A DNA stretch of 64,000 bases from Nitrospirales bacterium (GTDB taxonomy: Bacteria > Nitrospirota > Nitrospiria > Nitrospirales > UBA8639): positions 544,001 through 608,000 of the forward strand of contig OY729426.1 of the NCBI GenBank assembly GCA_963422365.1. The letters run 5' to 3'. Under the pieces are notes generated by a model. It was not told the DNA's origin, searched no databases, and was given only the letters and a program-made list of their open reading frames with translations. Of this stretch, positions 1 to 10,536 are shown in pieces; within the stretch, counting starts at the first letter, position 1; every line of letters begins with the position of its first letter. The translations under genes and the position numbers were made by a program.

Positions 1-348
1 GAGGGACCCTCGTCTCAATACGTGAACTTCAATCGTGATTGGGTCGCTCCGCACGCACTCGTACCGGTCGGCGCGTTACCCGACGGCGCCTCGCCCTACG
101 GCGTCCATGAGATGGCAGGGAACGTGAGAGAGTGGGTCCAGGACTGGTATAGTAAAGACTACTATCACGTGGCACCGAATCGAAACCCCAAAGGCCCTGA
201 GACGGGGCTGCTGAAAGTCATTCGCGGCGGCTCCTGGCACAGCTTCGAGTCCGACATTCGGATAGCTGCCCGTGGAAAAGGAGGGTTCGCGTTGAAAACC
301 CATGGGACCGGCTTCCGTTGTGCCAGAGGCATTCCTGACTCACCGTAA
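1..348 (+). CDS. Formylglycine-generating enzyme (SUMF1/EgtB/PvdO) family protein, C-terminal part (5' truncated by window)
   Basis: Frame open from base 1; motifs SPYGVHEMAGNVREWVQDWY, KVIRGGSW, GFRCA. Confidence 0.9.
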   Translation, partial: EGPSSQYVNFNRDWVAPHALVPVGALPDGASPYGVHEMAGNVREWVQDWYSKDYYHVAPNRNPKGPETGLLKVIRGGSWHSFESDIRIAARGKGGFALKTHGTGFRCARGIPDSP

Positions 349-368
349 CCCGTGGCACGAGGCCAACG

Positions 369-1298
369 ATGAACATTGCTATTGTGGGGGGCACAGGATT
401 TATCGGCAGGAATATCGAACCCGTGCTCACTGCCGGTGGACACCGGGTGACGATCGTGACTCGAGACCCCGACAAGGCTTCTGGGGTGGTTGGAGCCAAG
501 ACTCACGTGCGCGGATGGGATCCGTCGAATGCGGAGACGCTGGACCAGACCTTTCACGAGCAGGACGCCCTTATCAACCTGGCGGGCGCTTCTATTGCCG
601 AAGGCCGATGGACGCAAGTGCGCAAAAACCTGCTTCGGACCAGCCGGATCGAGACCACTCGGATACTGGTGAAGGCGTTGTCGAATCTCCCGGAAGCCAG
701 TCGACCACACATCTTTATCAGCGCATCAGGCATCGGGTATTATGGACTCGAGACCACCAATGGTGTCGATGAAACGACGGGACCGGGAAATGGGTTTTTG
801 GCTGACCTATGCGTGGAATGGGAACGCGAAGCCTTCAGGGCAACGGCCTATGGCATTCGGACCGTGTGTCTGAGAATCAGTATGGTGTTAGGGAAAGACG
901 ACGGCGCCCTGCAAAAAATGCTTCTCCCCTTCAAATTCTTTCTTGGGGGTCCCATCGGCACAGGCACGCAGCCCGTGAGCTGGATCCACGTTGAAGATCT
1001 GGGACGGCTTGTCGTAGCCATGCTTGAACAGCCCTCTTGCAAAGGCGCTATCAATGCGGCTTCTCCCCATCCAGTCACGATGAAAGAATTTTGTCTGCAA
1101 CTGGGGAAGGCCTTGGGGAGACCTGCTTGGCTTCCTGTTCCGGCGTTGGCGCTTAAAATCGGATTAGGAGAAATGGCTACGCTCATGACTCATGGTCAAT
1201 TGGTGAATCCCCGCATGGCTCAACAACTGGGATTTACTTACAAATATCCGAACCTGGAATCGGCTTTTTCTGCGATACTAAGGAGAGGTCATGAATAG
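369..1298 (+). CDS. TIGR01777-family NAD-dependent epimerase/oxidoreductase (YfcH-like)
   Basis: GGTGFIG Rossmann motif, INLAGASIAEGRWT, SASGIGYYG, SWIHVEDL. Confidence 0.9.
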   Translation: MNIAIVGGTGFIGRNIEPVLTAGGHRVTIVTRDPDKASGVVGAKTHVRGWDPSNAETLDQTFHEQDALINLAGASIAEGRWTQVRKNLLRTSRIETTRILVKALSNLPEASRPHIFISASGIGYYGLETTNGVDETTGPGNGFLADLCVEWEREAFRATAYGIRTVCLRISMVLGKDDGALQKMLLPFKFFLGGPIGTGTQPVSWIHVEDLGRLVVAMLEQPSCKGAINAASPHPVTMKEFCLQLGKALGRPAWLPVPALALKIGLGEMATLMTHGQLVNPRMAQQLGFTYKYPNLESAFSAILRRGHE

Positions 1299-1355
1299 CT
1301 CGGACGGTGTTTCATCGGATTGCTCCAGCATGTTCGCATAAAGAAGGAGGGAAGC

Positions 1356-1838
1356 ATGAAACCATTGGCGACTCCATCGGCGAGCCAGTTCCCCATGTGC
1401 GTCGAACGGTGGATTTTCCTTGTCATTTTACTAGGACTCATGTTGTGTATCCCAATCCAGAGCCATGCACAGCAAGGGAATCCTCACGGTGACACGTCAG
1501 ACCCCATGCTCCCTCCGCCAGGAGTCATTGGAGTCGCGCTGCATCTCACTGCCGAACGCATCGGCGATCCCGCCGGCCTGTTTATTCGAGCAACCCATCC
1601 CTTGGGACCGGCCGTCAAAGCAGGACTGACACACGGACAGGAAATTCTGGCCGTGGACGGCCAGTCTATCAAAGGGAAAACGTATCGAGAGGTCGTGTCC
1701 ATGATACGAGGAGAGGTCGGGGCATCGGTCACACTCCTTGTCAAAACCTTTTCCGACGTCAGGGAAGTGAAGATCGTTCGCGTCAATGAGACACGGTTAG
1801 CTGAAGAACAACGAATCGGTACGGACAACTCCCTGTAG
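1356..1838 (+). CDS. Secreted/membrane-anchored PDZ-domain protein
   Basis: AAGGAGG RBS before ATG 1356; hydrophobic signal segment; PAVKAGL...ILAVDGQSI...IRGEVG PDZ pattern. Confidence 0.75.
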   Translation: MKPLATPSASQFPMCVERWIFLVILLGLMLCIPIQSHAQQGNPHGDTSDPMLPPPGVIGVALHLTAERIGDPAGLFIRATHPLGPAVKAGLTHGQEILAVDGQSIKGKTYREVVSMIRGEVGASVTLLVKTFSDVREVKIVRVNETRLAEEQRIGTDNSL

Positions 1839-1863
1839 TTGTCCGTCAACCCCAAGGCTTCTC

Positions 1864-2877
1864 ATGACCGCCCGGGCAACGCCTACGCACTCACCTATGC
1901 TCCCTGAAGAAACACCCCACGCATCAGGTCTTCCTGTACGGTTGGGCATCAGCCGTTGCTTGTTGGGTGAACCCGTTCGGTACGACGGGGGCCATAAACG
2001 GGATCAGTTTCTGGCGGACGTGCTCGGGCAGCACGTGGAGTGGATTCCGGTTTGTCCCGAAGTGGAAGCAGGATTCGGCACACCGAGAGAATCGATGCGT
2101 TTAGTCGATGACGTGGATGAACCGCACTTGATGACGGTTCGTTCTCATCACGATCACACTGAACGGATGCGCCGTTACACCAAAAAACGGTTGCGCGACT
2201 TACAAGCTTTGAACCTGTCCGGATATGTCTTTAAAAAAGATTCCCCCAGTTGCGGAACCCAGCGCGTTCGAGTGTATACCCGCGAAGGCCATCTCCTGCG
2301 AAAAGGGAAGGGAACGTTTGCCGATGCATTCCAACACCTGTTTCCCTTAACGCCTATCGAGGAAGAAGGACGACTGCGGGACCAAGGCCTTCGGGAACAT
2401 TTTATCGAACGCGTGTTTGGCTATCACCGGTGGCAATCCCACCTTCTCCATACACGACTCACCCGCGGGAGGCTGGTTGCCTTTCATACGGCCCACAAAT
2501 ATCTCTTATTGGCCCACAGCCGACGGCATTACCAAGAGCTTGGTCGATTAGTGGCCAATGCCCGACAGTGTTCCGCTCGAACGTTGGCCCAGGCCTACGG
2601 TCAACGGTTTATGGAGGCCTTGGCCGTCAAAGGAACCATTCGCAAACACGTCAACGTGCTCCAACACGTGGCCGGTCATTTCAAGGACGACTTAAGTTCC
2701 AGGGCGCGCGGGGAACTACACGCGGTGATTGCCGATTACCAGAAAGGGTTTAAGCCGCTGAGCGTCCCCATCACCTTGATCAGACACTATGTCCGGGTGT
2801 TGGACATGCCTTACCTGAGGGATCAGGTGTATCTTGCACCCCATCCCAAGGAACTCATGTTGAGAAACCACGTCTGA
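1864..2877 (+). CDS. DUF523 (2-thiouracil desulfurase-like) plus DUF1722 domain protein (YbgA family)
   Basis: GISRCLLGEPVRYDGGH, PVCPEVE, KDSPSCG; C-terminal FHTAHKYLLLAHS and YLAPHPKELMLRNHV. Confidence 0.88.
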   Translation: MTARATPTHSPMLPEETPHASGLPVRLGISRCLLGEPVRYDGGHKRDQFLADVLGQHVEWIPVCPEVEAGFGTPRESMRLVDDVDEPHLMTVRSHHDHTERMRRYTKKRLRDLQALNLSGYVFKKDSPSCGTQRVRVYTREGHLLRKGKGTFADAFQHLFPLTPIEEEGRLRDQGLREHFIERVFGYHRWQSHLLHTRLTRGRLVAFHTAHKYLLLAHSRRHYQELGRLVANARQCSARTLAQAYGQRFMEALAVKGTIRKHVNVLQHVAGHFKDDLSSRARGELHAVIADYQKGFKPLSVPITLIRHYVRVLDMPYLRDQVYLAPHPKELMLRNHV

Positions 2878-2891
2878 TTGTTAGATCATTC

Positions 2892-2917
2892 GGGACGGCA
2901 CGGGGGCCGTCCCCTAC
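2892..2917. repeat. GTAG-type REP-like palindrome
   Basis: GGGACGGC-acgggg-GCCGTCCC stem followed by CTAC (GTAG on minus strand), intergenic. Confidence 0.6.
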
Positions 2918-2970
2918 AACAACAATGCACCCCCCCCCGTGGTTGTCCGTCAACTGAAAGAGAGGCAAAC

Positions 2971-3501
2971 ATGAGCGATTCAACAAAAGGCGTGGTACTC
3001 GTGGGGCATGGAGGCATTCCGAAAGGCTACCCTGGGGAACTGGTCACGAAGCTCAAACGACTTGAAGCCCAACGACGCGCCGCAGGAGTCCCGATGTCTG
3101 AAGAGGAATATGAACTCGACCAAAAAATCAGGCTGTGGCCTCGAACCCCGGAAACCGACCCCTATCAAGCCGGGCTTGAAGTATTGGCCACCCGCCTCAG
3201 GCCCCTCCTGCGCGGCGCACGGTTTTCCACGGCCTATAACGAATTTTGCACGCCCACGCTCAGCGAAGCCATTCAACAACAGATCGTCGACGGAGCCACA
3301 GACATTACCGTGATCTCCACCATGTTCACACCGGGCGGCTCGCACTCGGAATATGAGATTCCCGAGGAAATGGACGACCTGCGCAAGAAGTATCCCGATG
3401 TGACCTTGACCTACGCCTGGCCCTTCGATCTGGATAAGGTGGCGGAAATGCTCTCAGATCATCTCCATCGATTTCAGGGCCAACCGTTCGGAGAGGATTG
3501 A
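2971..3501 (+). CDS. CbiX/SirB-family sirohydrochlorin chelatase
   Basis: GAGG RBS before ATG 2971; VLVGHGG, AYNEFCTP, FTPGGSHSEYEIP metal-binding His motifs. Confidence 0.8.
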   Translation: MSDSTKGVVLVGHGGIPKGYPGELVTKLKRLEAQRRAAGVPMSEEEYELDQKIRLWPRTPETDPYQAGLEVLATRLRPLLRGARFSTAYNEFCTPTLSEAIQQQIVDGATDITVISTMFTPGGSHSEYEIPEEMDDLRKKYPDVTLTYAWPFDLDKVAEMLSDHLHRFQGQPFGED

Positions 3502-3716
3502 TTGAGGGATTCATGAATGTCCTTTGCGACTGATGTCGTCATTGTGTTGGATTTTTCAATGAACTTGGCCGAAAGACGTCCGTATCCGTCTTGGCCTTGC
3601 GAATGGACTCGGCCAAACTGTCGGTGGTTTTCTTGTTGGATGTCTTGCAGACAGACTGCACAAATTTCGCCGTGTTCTTCGGTTTCGGCTAGTTCTCCAC
3701 GGCGAACACAGATCAT
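3474..3716 (-). CDS. Small hypothetical protein (80 aa) with degenerate zinc-ribbon-like N-terminus
   Basis: ATG overlaps lspA stop (ATGA), GGAGG RBS upstream; MICVRRG...CAVC. Confidence 0.4.
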   Translation of the reverse strand: MICVRRGELAETEEHGEICAVCLQDIQQENHRQFGRVHSQGQDGYGRLSAKFIEKSNTMTTSVAKDIHESLNQSSPNGWP

Positions 3717-4279
3717 GGCTTGTCCTCCCAACCATCGTCCAACTCTTTCCTCCTCACGGCGACTTCTTCCGTAGGAGAACCCAGAGAAGGATTGTCTCTT
3801 TTATCCATTGCAAACACAATCAGCAGAGACACGACACCCACGCTAATGGCACTATCCGCCACGTTAAATGCCGGCCAGTGATAGCCCCCCATATACAAGT
3901 CGAGAAAGTCCACGACTTCACCATATTGCAACCGGTCCAGAAGATTCCCGATCGCCCCTCCAAAAATACTGGAGACGCTCAGTTGGCCCCACACATCATC
4001 CGGATGCATTCGGTAAAAAATCGTCCCCAACAGCCCAAGGGCAAAGATGGAAGTCCCGACAAAAAAGATGAGCCGGAAGGCACTGTTGGTCGTGGCAAAA
4101 ATGCCAAAGGCCGCGCCGGGATTCCGAATATAGGTCAGGTTGAAAAATCCGGCTATGATGGGAATCGATTCATGCAAGTCCATGGTATGCGTGATGAGGA
4201 CTTTCGTGACTTGATCCAGGACCACAATGACGAGGCTGACGCCAAGCAGGATGCCCCACCGATGAAATCCGTGGTTCAC
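3713..4279 (-). CDS. lspA: Lipoprotein signal peptidase II
   Basis: LDQVTK, NPGAAFG, GGAIGNLLDR, VVDFL, FNVADSAI; GTG start overlaps ileS stop (start uncertain). Confidence 0.95.
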   Translation of the reverse strand: MNHGFHRWGILLGVSLVIVVLDQVTKVLITHTMDLHESIPIIAGFFNLTYIRNPGAAFGIFATTNSAFRLIFFVGTSIFALGLLGTIFYRMHPDDVWGQLSVSSIFGGAIGNLLDRLQYGEVVDFLDLYMGGYHWPAFNVADSAISVGVVSLLIVFAMDKRDNPSLGSPTEEVAVRRKELDDGWEDKP

Positions 4280-7161
4280 GTCACGGCCTCGATGCAACGA
4301 TCACAGAGCATCGGATGCCCGGGGGCGCTCCCCACGGAGGCACGATAATTCCAACACCGCTCACACTTTTCCCCTTCCGCCTTCACAACGTTCACGCTTA
4401 TTCCTAACGTATCGTCACTCCCCAGGTGTCTTTCGCCGGACGGTCGTTCGGTGGGACGGACGACAACTTGGGACACGATCAAGAGCGTCGGCAACTCTTT
4501 TTCATAGGCTTGAAGAAACCGGTGCACGGCCGGAACCACGTTTAGCACCACGCGCGCCTCGAGCGAAGACCCGATGACTTTTTCTCGCCGCTGTTGCTCC
4601 AAAGCCGCAAGAACGACGGTACGGATGGCCAGTAATTGTTTCCATTTGGCTTCCAGTTCGGCCTCATCGGGTAACGCCGTGGGCTCCGGAAAGGTCGAGA
4701 GGTGTACCGAGTCAACGGTTGCCAAAGACGTGTCTCTTCCCGGCATGACGTCCCACACGTCTTCCGCTGTAAAGCTCAGGACGGGGGCCATGAGTTGAGC
4801 CAATCCTGTGACGATGTGAAACAGCACCATTTGTGATCCCCGTCGCACGGGTGAGTTTTGCGGAAAGGTGTAGAGCCGGTCTTTCAACATATCCAAATAG
4901 GTCGCGCTCATGTCCACGGAACAAAAGTAGTCCAGTTCATGCATGATCTGCCGAAAATCGAATTCCTCGTATCCTTTCCGAACGTGACGAATGACGTGAT
5001 TGAACCGCAACAGCGCCCAACGATCCAACTCCGGCAATTGATGGATTGCAATCCGATGAGCCGGATTGTGTGGATCGAAGTCATAGATATTGCTGAGGAG
5101 ATACCGGCAGGTATTGCGAATTTTCCGGTAGGCTTCTACCAATTGCTTGAGAATTTGCGATGAAATGCGCAGATCTTCTTGATAATCTTGGGCCGCGACC
5201 CACAAACGAAGAATTTCCGCACCATGCTGGTTGATGACATCCTGCGGAGCCACCACGTTTCCGGCTGACTTGGACATCTTTTTGCCCTGACCATCCACGA
5301 CAAACCCGTGGGTCAAGACGGCCCGATAGGGCGCTCGTCCCTCCGTGGTCACGGATGACAAGAGCGCGCTATGGAACCAACCCCGGTGTTGATCCGATCC
5401 TTCCAGATACAAGCTCGCCGGCCACCAGTCTTCGCCACGTTGTTTCACGACCGCAGCGTGACTCACGCCTGACTCCAACCACACGTCCAGAATATCTTGT
5501 TCCTTGTTAAACTCGGTTGCCCCGCATGCCGCACAGGCTGTCCCGTCGGAGAGTAATTCCTGCGCCGATCGTTCGAACCACGCATCCGCGCCATGTTCGC
5601 TCACCAAGTCGGCAATACGATCAATGATCTGCGAGTCGATCAACGGGGTTTGGCATGTCGCACAGGTAAATCCTGGAATCGGCGTTCCCCAGATTCGTTG
5701 ACGGGACAAACACCAGTCCGGCCGATTCGCAATCATGCCATAGATGCGCTCACGGCCTCGCTCCGGAATCCATTGCACGCGGTCAATTTCTTGGAGCGCC
5801 CGCTCACGTAATCGGCCTTTTTCCATGGAGACAAACCATTGTTGCGTGGCTCGAAAAATCACCGGCTTCTTGCAGCGCCAACAATGGGGATAGGAATGTT
5901 TCAATGATCCATGGCCGAGTAGCACGTCCCGTTGCCGAAGTTGTTCCACAAGCGCCGGATCGGCTTTGAAGACGTGCTGCCCGGCAAACCCGGGAACTTC
6001 ATCGGTCAAGCATCCACGATCATCGACCGGCACCACCACTCGAAGCGGTTCAGGCAGCATTCTTTCGGGTGGGCTGGCCGATGCACGTGCGTTATATTTC
6101 AACGCCAGCAGATAGTCCTCCATGCCATGACCCGGAGCAATATGCACACACCCCGCTCCTTGTTCCAACGTCACAAAATCCGCCAACAAAATCGGCGAAA
6201 GGCCGTCGGCTTGTTCCAAACCTCGAAGGAGGAGCGGGCGCCGGCATAACAACCCTTCGAATCCGTCCTTGCCCTTCTTGGTGCCGAGGAGAGTCACATT
6301 TTTCAACTCACATGCTTTGGTCACCTCGTCGACCAACTGCTCGGCGAGCACCAAGACCTCTTGGCCCACGCGCAGGAAGGCATAGTCAAGATCCGGATGA
6401 AGGGCAACGGCCTGATTGGCTGGAAGCGTCCAGGGCGTCGTCGTCCAAATGACGATGGAGACCATCTCGACTCCTTCAAGGCCGGCAAGGCCAAGCCGTT
6501 CCTTGGGGTTCGCCTTGAACGGAAATTTCACGTAGACGGAGGGAGAGGTATGGTCCATGTATTCGACCTCGGCCTCGGCTAATGCGGTCTGATCCTGCGT
6601 GCACCATAACACCGGTTTCAACCCTTTATAGACCCCGCCGTGCTCCACAAACTTCCCGAACTCTCGAATGATAGTCGCTTCGTAGGCTTTGTCCATCGTG
6701 AGGTAGGGGTGTTCCCAATCACCCAATACGCCTAACCGTTGAAACTCCTCTCGTTGGATGTTGTGAAATGTGTCCGCGTACTCGCGACACAGCCGGCGCA
6801 ATTCCGTGGCGCTCATGTCTTTTTTCTTCTCGCCGAGCTGCTTCGTGACCTGATGTTCAATGGGCAACCCATGGCAATCCCAGCCTGGAACGTACGGCGC
6901 CTGCAGGCCTTCCATGGTGCGAGACTTGATGATGATGTCTTTGAGTATTTTATTGAGCGCGTGGCCAATGTGAATATGACCATTGGCGTACGGCGGGCCG
7001 TCATGAAGGATATACAGCGGCTTGCCGGCTCGGGATGCTTGAATGCGTTGATAGAGCCGCTGCTTCACCCATCGGGCCACAAACTCCAGCTCGCGGTTCG
7101 GCAGGTTCCCTTTCATAGGGAAGGCCGTTTGGGGCAAGTTGAGGGTCGATTTATAATCCAT
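4276..7161 (-). CDS. ileS: Isoleucine--tRNA ligase
   Basis: LHDGPPYANGHIHIGH (HIGH), KMSKS, EGSDQHRGWF, C-terminal CERCW zinc finger. Confidence 0.99.
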   Translation of the reverse strand: MDYKSTLNLPQTAFPMKGNLPNRELEFVARWVKQRLYQRIQASRAGKPLYILHDGPPYANGHIHIGHALNKILKDIIIKSRTMEGLQAPYVPGWDCHGLPIEHQVTKQLGEKKKDMSATELRRLCREYADTFHNIQREEFQRLGVLGDWEHPYLTMDKAYEATIIREFGKFVEHGGVYKGLKPVLWCTQDQTALAEAEVEYMDHTSPSVYVKFPFKANPKERLGLAGLEGVEMVSIVIWTTTPWTLPANQAVALHPDLDYAFLRVGQEVLVLAEQLVDEVTKACELKNVTLLGTKKGKDGFEGLLCRRPLLLRGLEQADGLSPILLADFVTLEQGAGCVHIAPGHGMEDYLLALKYNARASASPPERMLPEPLRVVVPVDDRGCLTDEVPGFAGQHVFKADPALVEQLRQRDVLLGHGSLKHSYPHCWRCKKPVIFRATQQWFVSMEKGRLRERALQEIDRVQWIPERGRERIYGMIANRPDWCLSRQRIWGTPIPGFTCATCQTPLIDSQIIDRIADLVSEHGADAWFERSAQELLSDGTACAACGATEFNKEQDILDVWLESGVSHAAVVKQRGEDWWPASLYLEGSDQHRGWFHSALLSSVTTEGRAPYRAVLTHGFVVDGQGKKMSKSAGNVVAPQDVINQHGAEILRLWVAAQDYQEDLRISSQILKQLVEAYRKIRNTCRYLLSNIYDFDPHNPAHRIAIHQLPELDRWALLRFNHVIRHVRKGYEEFDFRQIMHELDYFCSVDMSATYLDMLKDRLYTFPQNSPVRRGSQMVLFHIVTGLAQLMAPVLSFTAEDVWDVMPGRDTSLATVDSVHLSTFPEPTALPDEAELEAKWKQLLAIRTVVLAALEQQRREKVIGSSLEARVVLNVVPAVHRFLQAYEKELPTLLIVSQVVVRPTERPSGERHLGSDDTLGISVNVVKAEGEKCERCWNYRASVGSAPGHPMLCDRCIEAVT

Positions 7162-7292
7162 CGTTCAAACAGGCAAGCTTCTAAAAGGTAGGGAGCAAGG
7201 GCGACGCCTGCCTCTGCGTGGCAGTTATTCCCCAATTAAAAACAGCTTGTCCCCGACGTGAGTCATCGGGGATCTGGGACATGCTCTGCTCG

Positions 7293-8396
7293 TTAGCTGA
7301 CTGCCATCATTCGATCAAGCGCCATCCAAGCCAAGACCTTGTCATCGCTCGGTACGGAAATCTGATTCACCACACAGCCTTGCACGAGATTTTCCATGCT
7401 CCAACACAGGTGAGCGGCATCGATACGAAACATGGTCGCGCAACGGCAGACAGTGGGGGAAAGGAAAAACACCTGTTTGTCGGTTTCTTCATTTTTCAGC
7501 CGGTTGACCAAATTCAACTCCGTTCCCACCGCCCACAGCGTCCCCGGTTGAGCCTGTTTGACCGTACGAATAATCAATTCGGTGGACCCCACCGCATCGG
7601 CTTGCTTGACCACGTCTTCGTGGCATTCCGGATGCACGATGACCTGAATGCCCGGATAGGTTTTTCGAAAGTACTCCACGTGCGCGGGGTGGAACATCTG
7701 ATGGACGCTGCAGTGGCCTTTCCATAAAATCAGGCTGGCTTTCCGGATAGCCTCTTTCGTGTTCCCCCCGTAAGGCATGAACGGATCCCATACAATCATC
7801 CGTTCTCGCGGGATCCCCATCTTATTGGCCACATTGCGTCCAAGATGCTCGTCTGGGAAGAACAGAATTTTTTCTCTTCGGGCCCAGCACCATTCCATGA
7901 CGGCCTTGGCATTGGACGACGTACAGGTGATGCCCCCATGCTCCCCGCAAAAGCCTTTGAGGGTCGCAGCAGAGTTCACGTACACCGCCGGCATGACTTC
8001 TTTTTCCACGGAAAGCACCCGCCCCAGTTCCTCCCAACACTGATCTACCTGCTCAATGGCCGCCATATCCGCCATGGAACACCCCGCGGCTAAATCCGGC
8101 AAAATCACGGCCTGATTCGAACGGCTCAAAATATCAGCGGTTTCCGCCATAAAGTGGACGCCACAAAATACCACGTAGGGGTGCTGAGACCGTTCCGCCG
8201 CCAACTTGGACAGCAATAAAGAGTCCCCTCTGAGATCGGCATGCACAATGACTTCATCCCGCTGATAGTTGTGGCCCAACACGAGCACGTGATCGCCAAG
8301 CGCCTGCTTGGCCTCGACGATCCGGCCATGCAGTTCCTCGGTTGAGATTGAGTCATACTCGGTTATGGGTACGGCCCTCGTTTCAACGGTCTTCAC
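7293..8396 (-). CDS. nadA: Quinolinate synthase
   Basis: GHNYQ, FCGVHFMAE, AGCSMAD, CTSSNA, VHPEC, CRCATM. Confidence 0.96.
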   Translation of the reverse strand: MKTVETRAVPITEYDSISTEELHGRIVEAKQALGDHVLVLGHNYQRDEVIVHADLRGDSLLLSKLAAERSQHPYVVFCGVHFMAETADILSRSNQAVILPDLAAGCSMADMAAIEQVDQCWEELGRVLSVEKEVMPAVYVNSAATLKGFCGEHGGITCTSSNAKAVMEWCWARREKILFFPDEHLGRNVANKMGIPRERMIVWDPFMPYGGNTKEAIRKASLILWKGHCSVHQMFHPAHVEYFRKTYPGIQVIVHPECHEDVVKQADAVGSTELIIRTVKQAQPGTLWAVGTELNLVNRLKNEETDKQVFFLSPTVCRCATMFRIDAAHLCWSMENLVQGCVVNQISVPSDDKVLAWMALDRMMAVS

Positions 8397-8565
8397 ACCT
8401 GCACCTCTAATCTTGTCCTTTAATTTTTAATTTTAGAAGACGAGATCGTTGATCCCAAGTTTGTTGGACAGAAATACAAGAAAGTTCTGATTTTATCAGA
8501 TCCTTGGGTGCATGCAACACCCATTTGGGGGCATGGAAGGAGGGAGGAGGCATCTCTGAGAATTT

Positions 8566-9403
8566 TTAGATGGGCGCAAAAAGCGTGTTTGAGGAAAGCC
8601 TGTCCTCATTTGCTCAAGCTCAATACGTGCTTCCGCCTGGAGACCAAGACAACGCCTGATGCCCTTAGTATCAGTACTCAGACGAGACTGAAGGGAAAGT
8701 TTATATGAGGAGTCCTTTTGCTTTTCCATGCTATAAGGATGAAAGTACATAGAGTCTCCCAACACGGCAGGGCGTTTAAGATGTTCGACGTTAAATTCGC
8801 GGCGCATGTAGGCAATCAGTTTATCCTGGGTGACTAAGACGAGTTTTTTATTAACATGCTCAAATGTCTGAATTTTATGATGCATTTGAATCAGGATTGT
8901 TTTTGCTGTCATCTTCCAATTTATTCCGTAAGTTCTTTCTGAATCTTCAGCCTTGTCACTTCGAGGGAGTCCAAACTCCTTCAACTGTCGTTGTCGTTCA
9001 GGCCATACCGTCCCCGTGGTATCAAGCGTTCGCAGTTCAATACCGACACAATCCTTAACCTTACCTTTTCTAGCTGATACGAAACAGTAATCAACGCTCC
9101 CACCAGGAACGGAGATTTCAGAGACAACATGAAGCTCATTTCCGGGCTCATGTGTCGTGAGTAAATGAAGACATTCCGTAAAGATTTGCTGGCGATCGAT
9201 TAGACGGGTTGGGCCAATAATAATTGGCTCAGAATGCCTCCCGTAGAGCACGGCACATGACCCAATGGCCGCACTTGGATCACTTTTACGAACTTTGTAA
9301 CATCTCTTTCCTAAAAATGGACACTGCTGTTCATTGACGGTTTTACGCCAATCTTTTTTCCACTTTCTGTCGCATATCCAAAAAGTTCTGTAACTCTGCT
9401 CAT
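8566..9403 (-). pseudogene. NotI-family type II restriction endonuclease, degraded
   Basis: Reconstructed start MSRVTELFG (ATG 9403, overlapping MTase stop) with frameshift in A-run near 9355; CPFLGKRCYKVRKS...GSC, TLDTTGTVW, NWKMTAKTILIQMHHK; further frame break near 3' end. Confidence 0.8.
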
Positions 9404-10536
9404 AGCAGTGATGCACATCTATGATAGGCAAGGTGAAGGTAATCCAAGAACACGTCTATTCCTATCGACTTGCGGCCGAGGTTACGAGCAGCAAACAGGG
9501 TTGTTCCCGTACCTGAAAATGGATCTAATACCACTCCACCTTCTGGACATGTGGCCAGGATAGGTATTCAGCAAAGATCAATGAAGTATGAAGCAAAGTG
9601 GCCTTCCCTGTTTTGTGTATCCTCAGGAAGAATATCCCAAACATCGCTTGGTTTACTTCCATAAGGATGATAACGCAAAAAGTAGAAACCCTTATCCTGA
9701 AGTTCTTTTGCTCGGCCTGAGACCCTTTCCCTATCGGAATGGGTTGCACGTTGTTGCCCACGAATGATCATGCGAAAGTCTGAAATTTGCCCTTCCCTTA
9801 CAGCGGTCAGCATTCGGCTAAGCTCGCGAAGAGCATCTCTTGTTTCTTCGGGAGAGAGAGCCGTTGACAACGCAATCTGGCGTTTAGTTTATATCGAACA
9901 CCTGAAACGCCTGTCGCCGAACCCACGGCACCCTTTACGATTTTGGCAGTACGCGATTTCGAACGTATCGAATCGGCATCATAGTAATACTGCGATTGTT
10001 TCACAAAGTGAAAACTATTCTCATGAGCGTTACCCAGACGATCTTTTGTGCTATCCATTCCACTCTTGACTTTGTTCCATATTACGCTGTTACGAAGTAT
10101 CCAACCTTGTTGCTCTGTGAGGTGGAAAACAACACGCCAAGGAATACCAACAAGCCTCTTCCCTTTATACGTATCCCCTATATTGAGCCAAAATGAACCC
10201 TGAGATTTCAGAACCCGTTTTAATTCGAAGAAGATAGCGGCTAAGTGACGAACGAAGTCACGATGGTTGGGTTCGAGTCCAATCCCGCCGTGCTAGTACT
10301 CACGTTTCCCGCAATATGGAGGAAGTCATTCCCCAATCTCCAGACGAATCTGGCAACTCGGAAAGCACCAACAGAGCATCACCAAGCATTAAAAGAGGCT
10401 GAATCCGATCATTTCCGAGGTAAGAGGAAAATGCCATTTGAAATTCGCGGGTGACGACAGGCACGAAATCGGCAAAAGAAATAGGGAGAACGTTACCTTT
10501 TGGACTTTTATTGGATTTTATACTGTTGCGTGGCAA
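9400..10536 (-). pseudogene. Beta-class N4-cytosine/N6-adenine DNA methyltransferase, degraded
   Basis: Fragments give TS/PPY (frameshifted near 10320), LKRVLK..GSFWLNIGD, WILRNSVIWNK, VLDPFSGTGTT; stops at 10293-10295 and 9568-9570; 5-bp GTTTA duplication at 9882-9891. Confidence 0.88.

Noticed and set aside
8496..9431. Intact 311-aa restriction endonuclease
   Set aside because: True N- and C-termini lie in other frames; the long ORF is the middle of a pseudogene.
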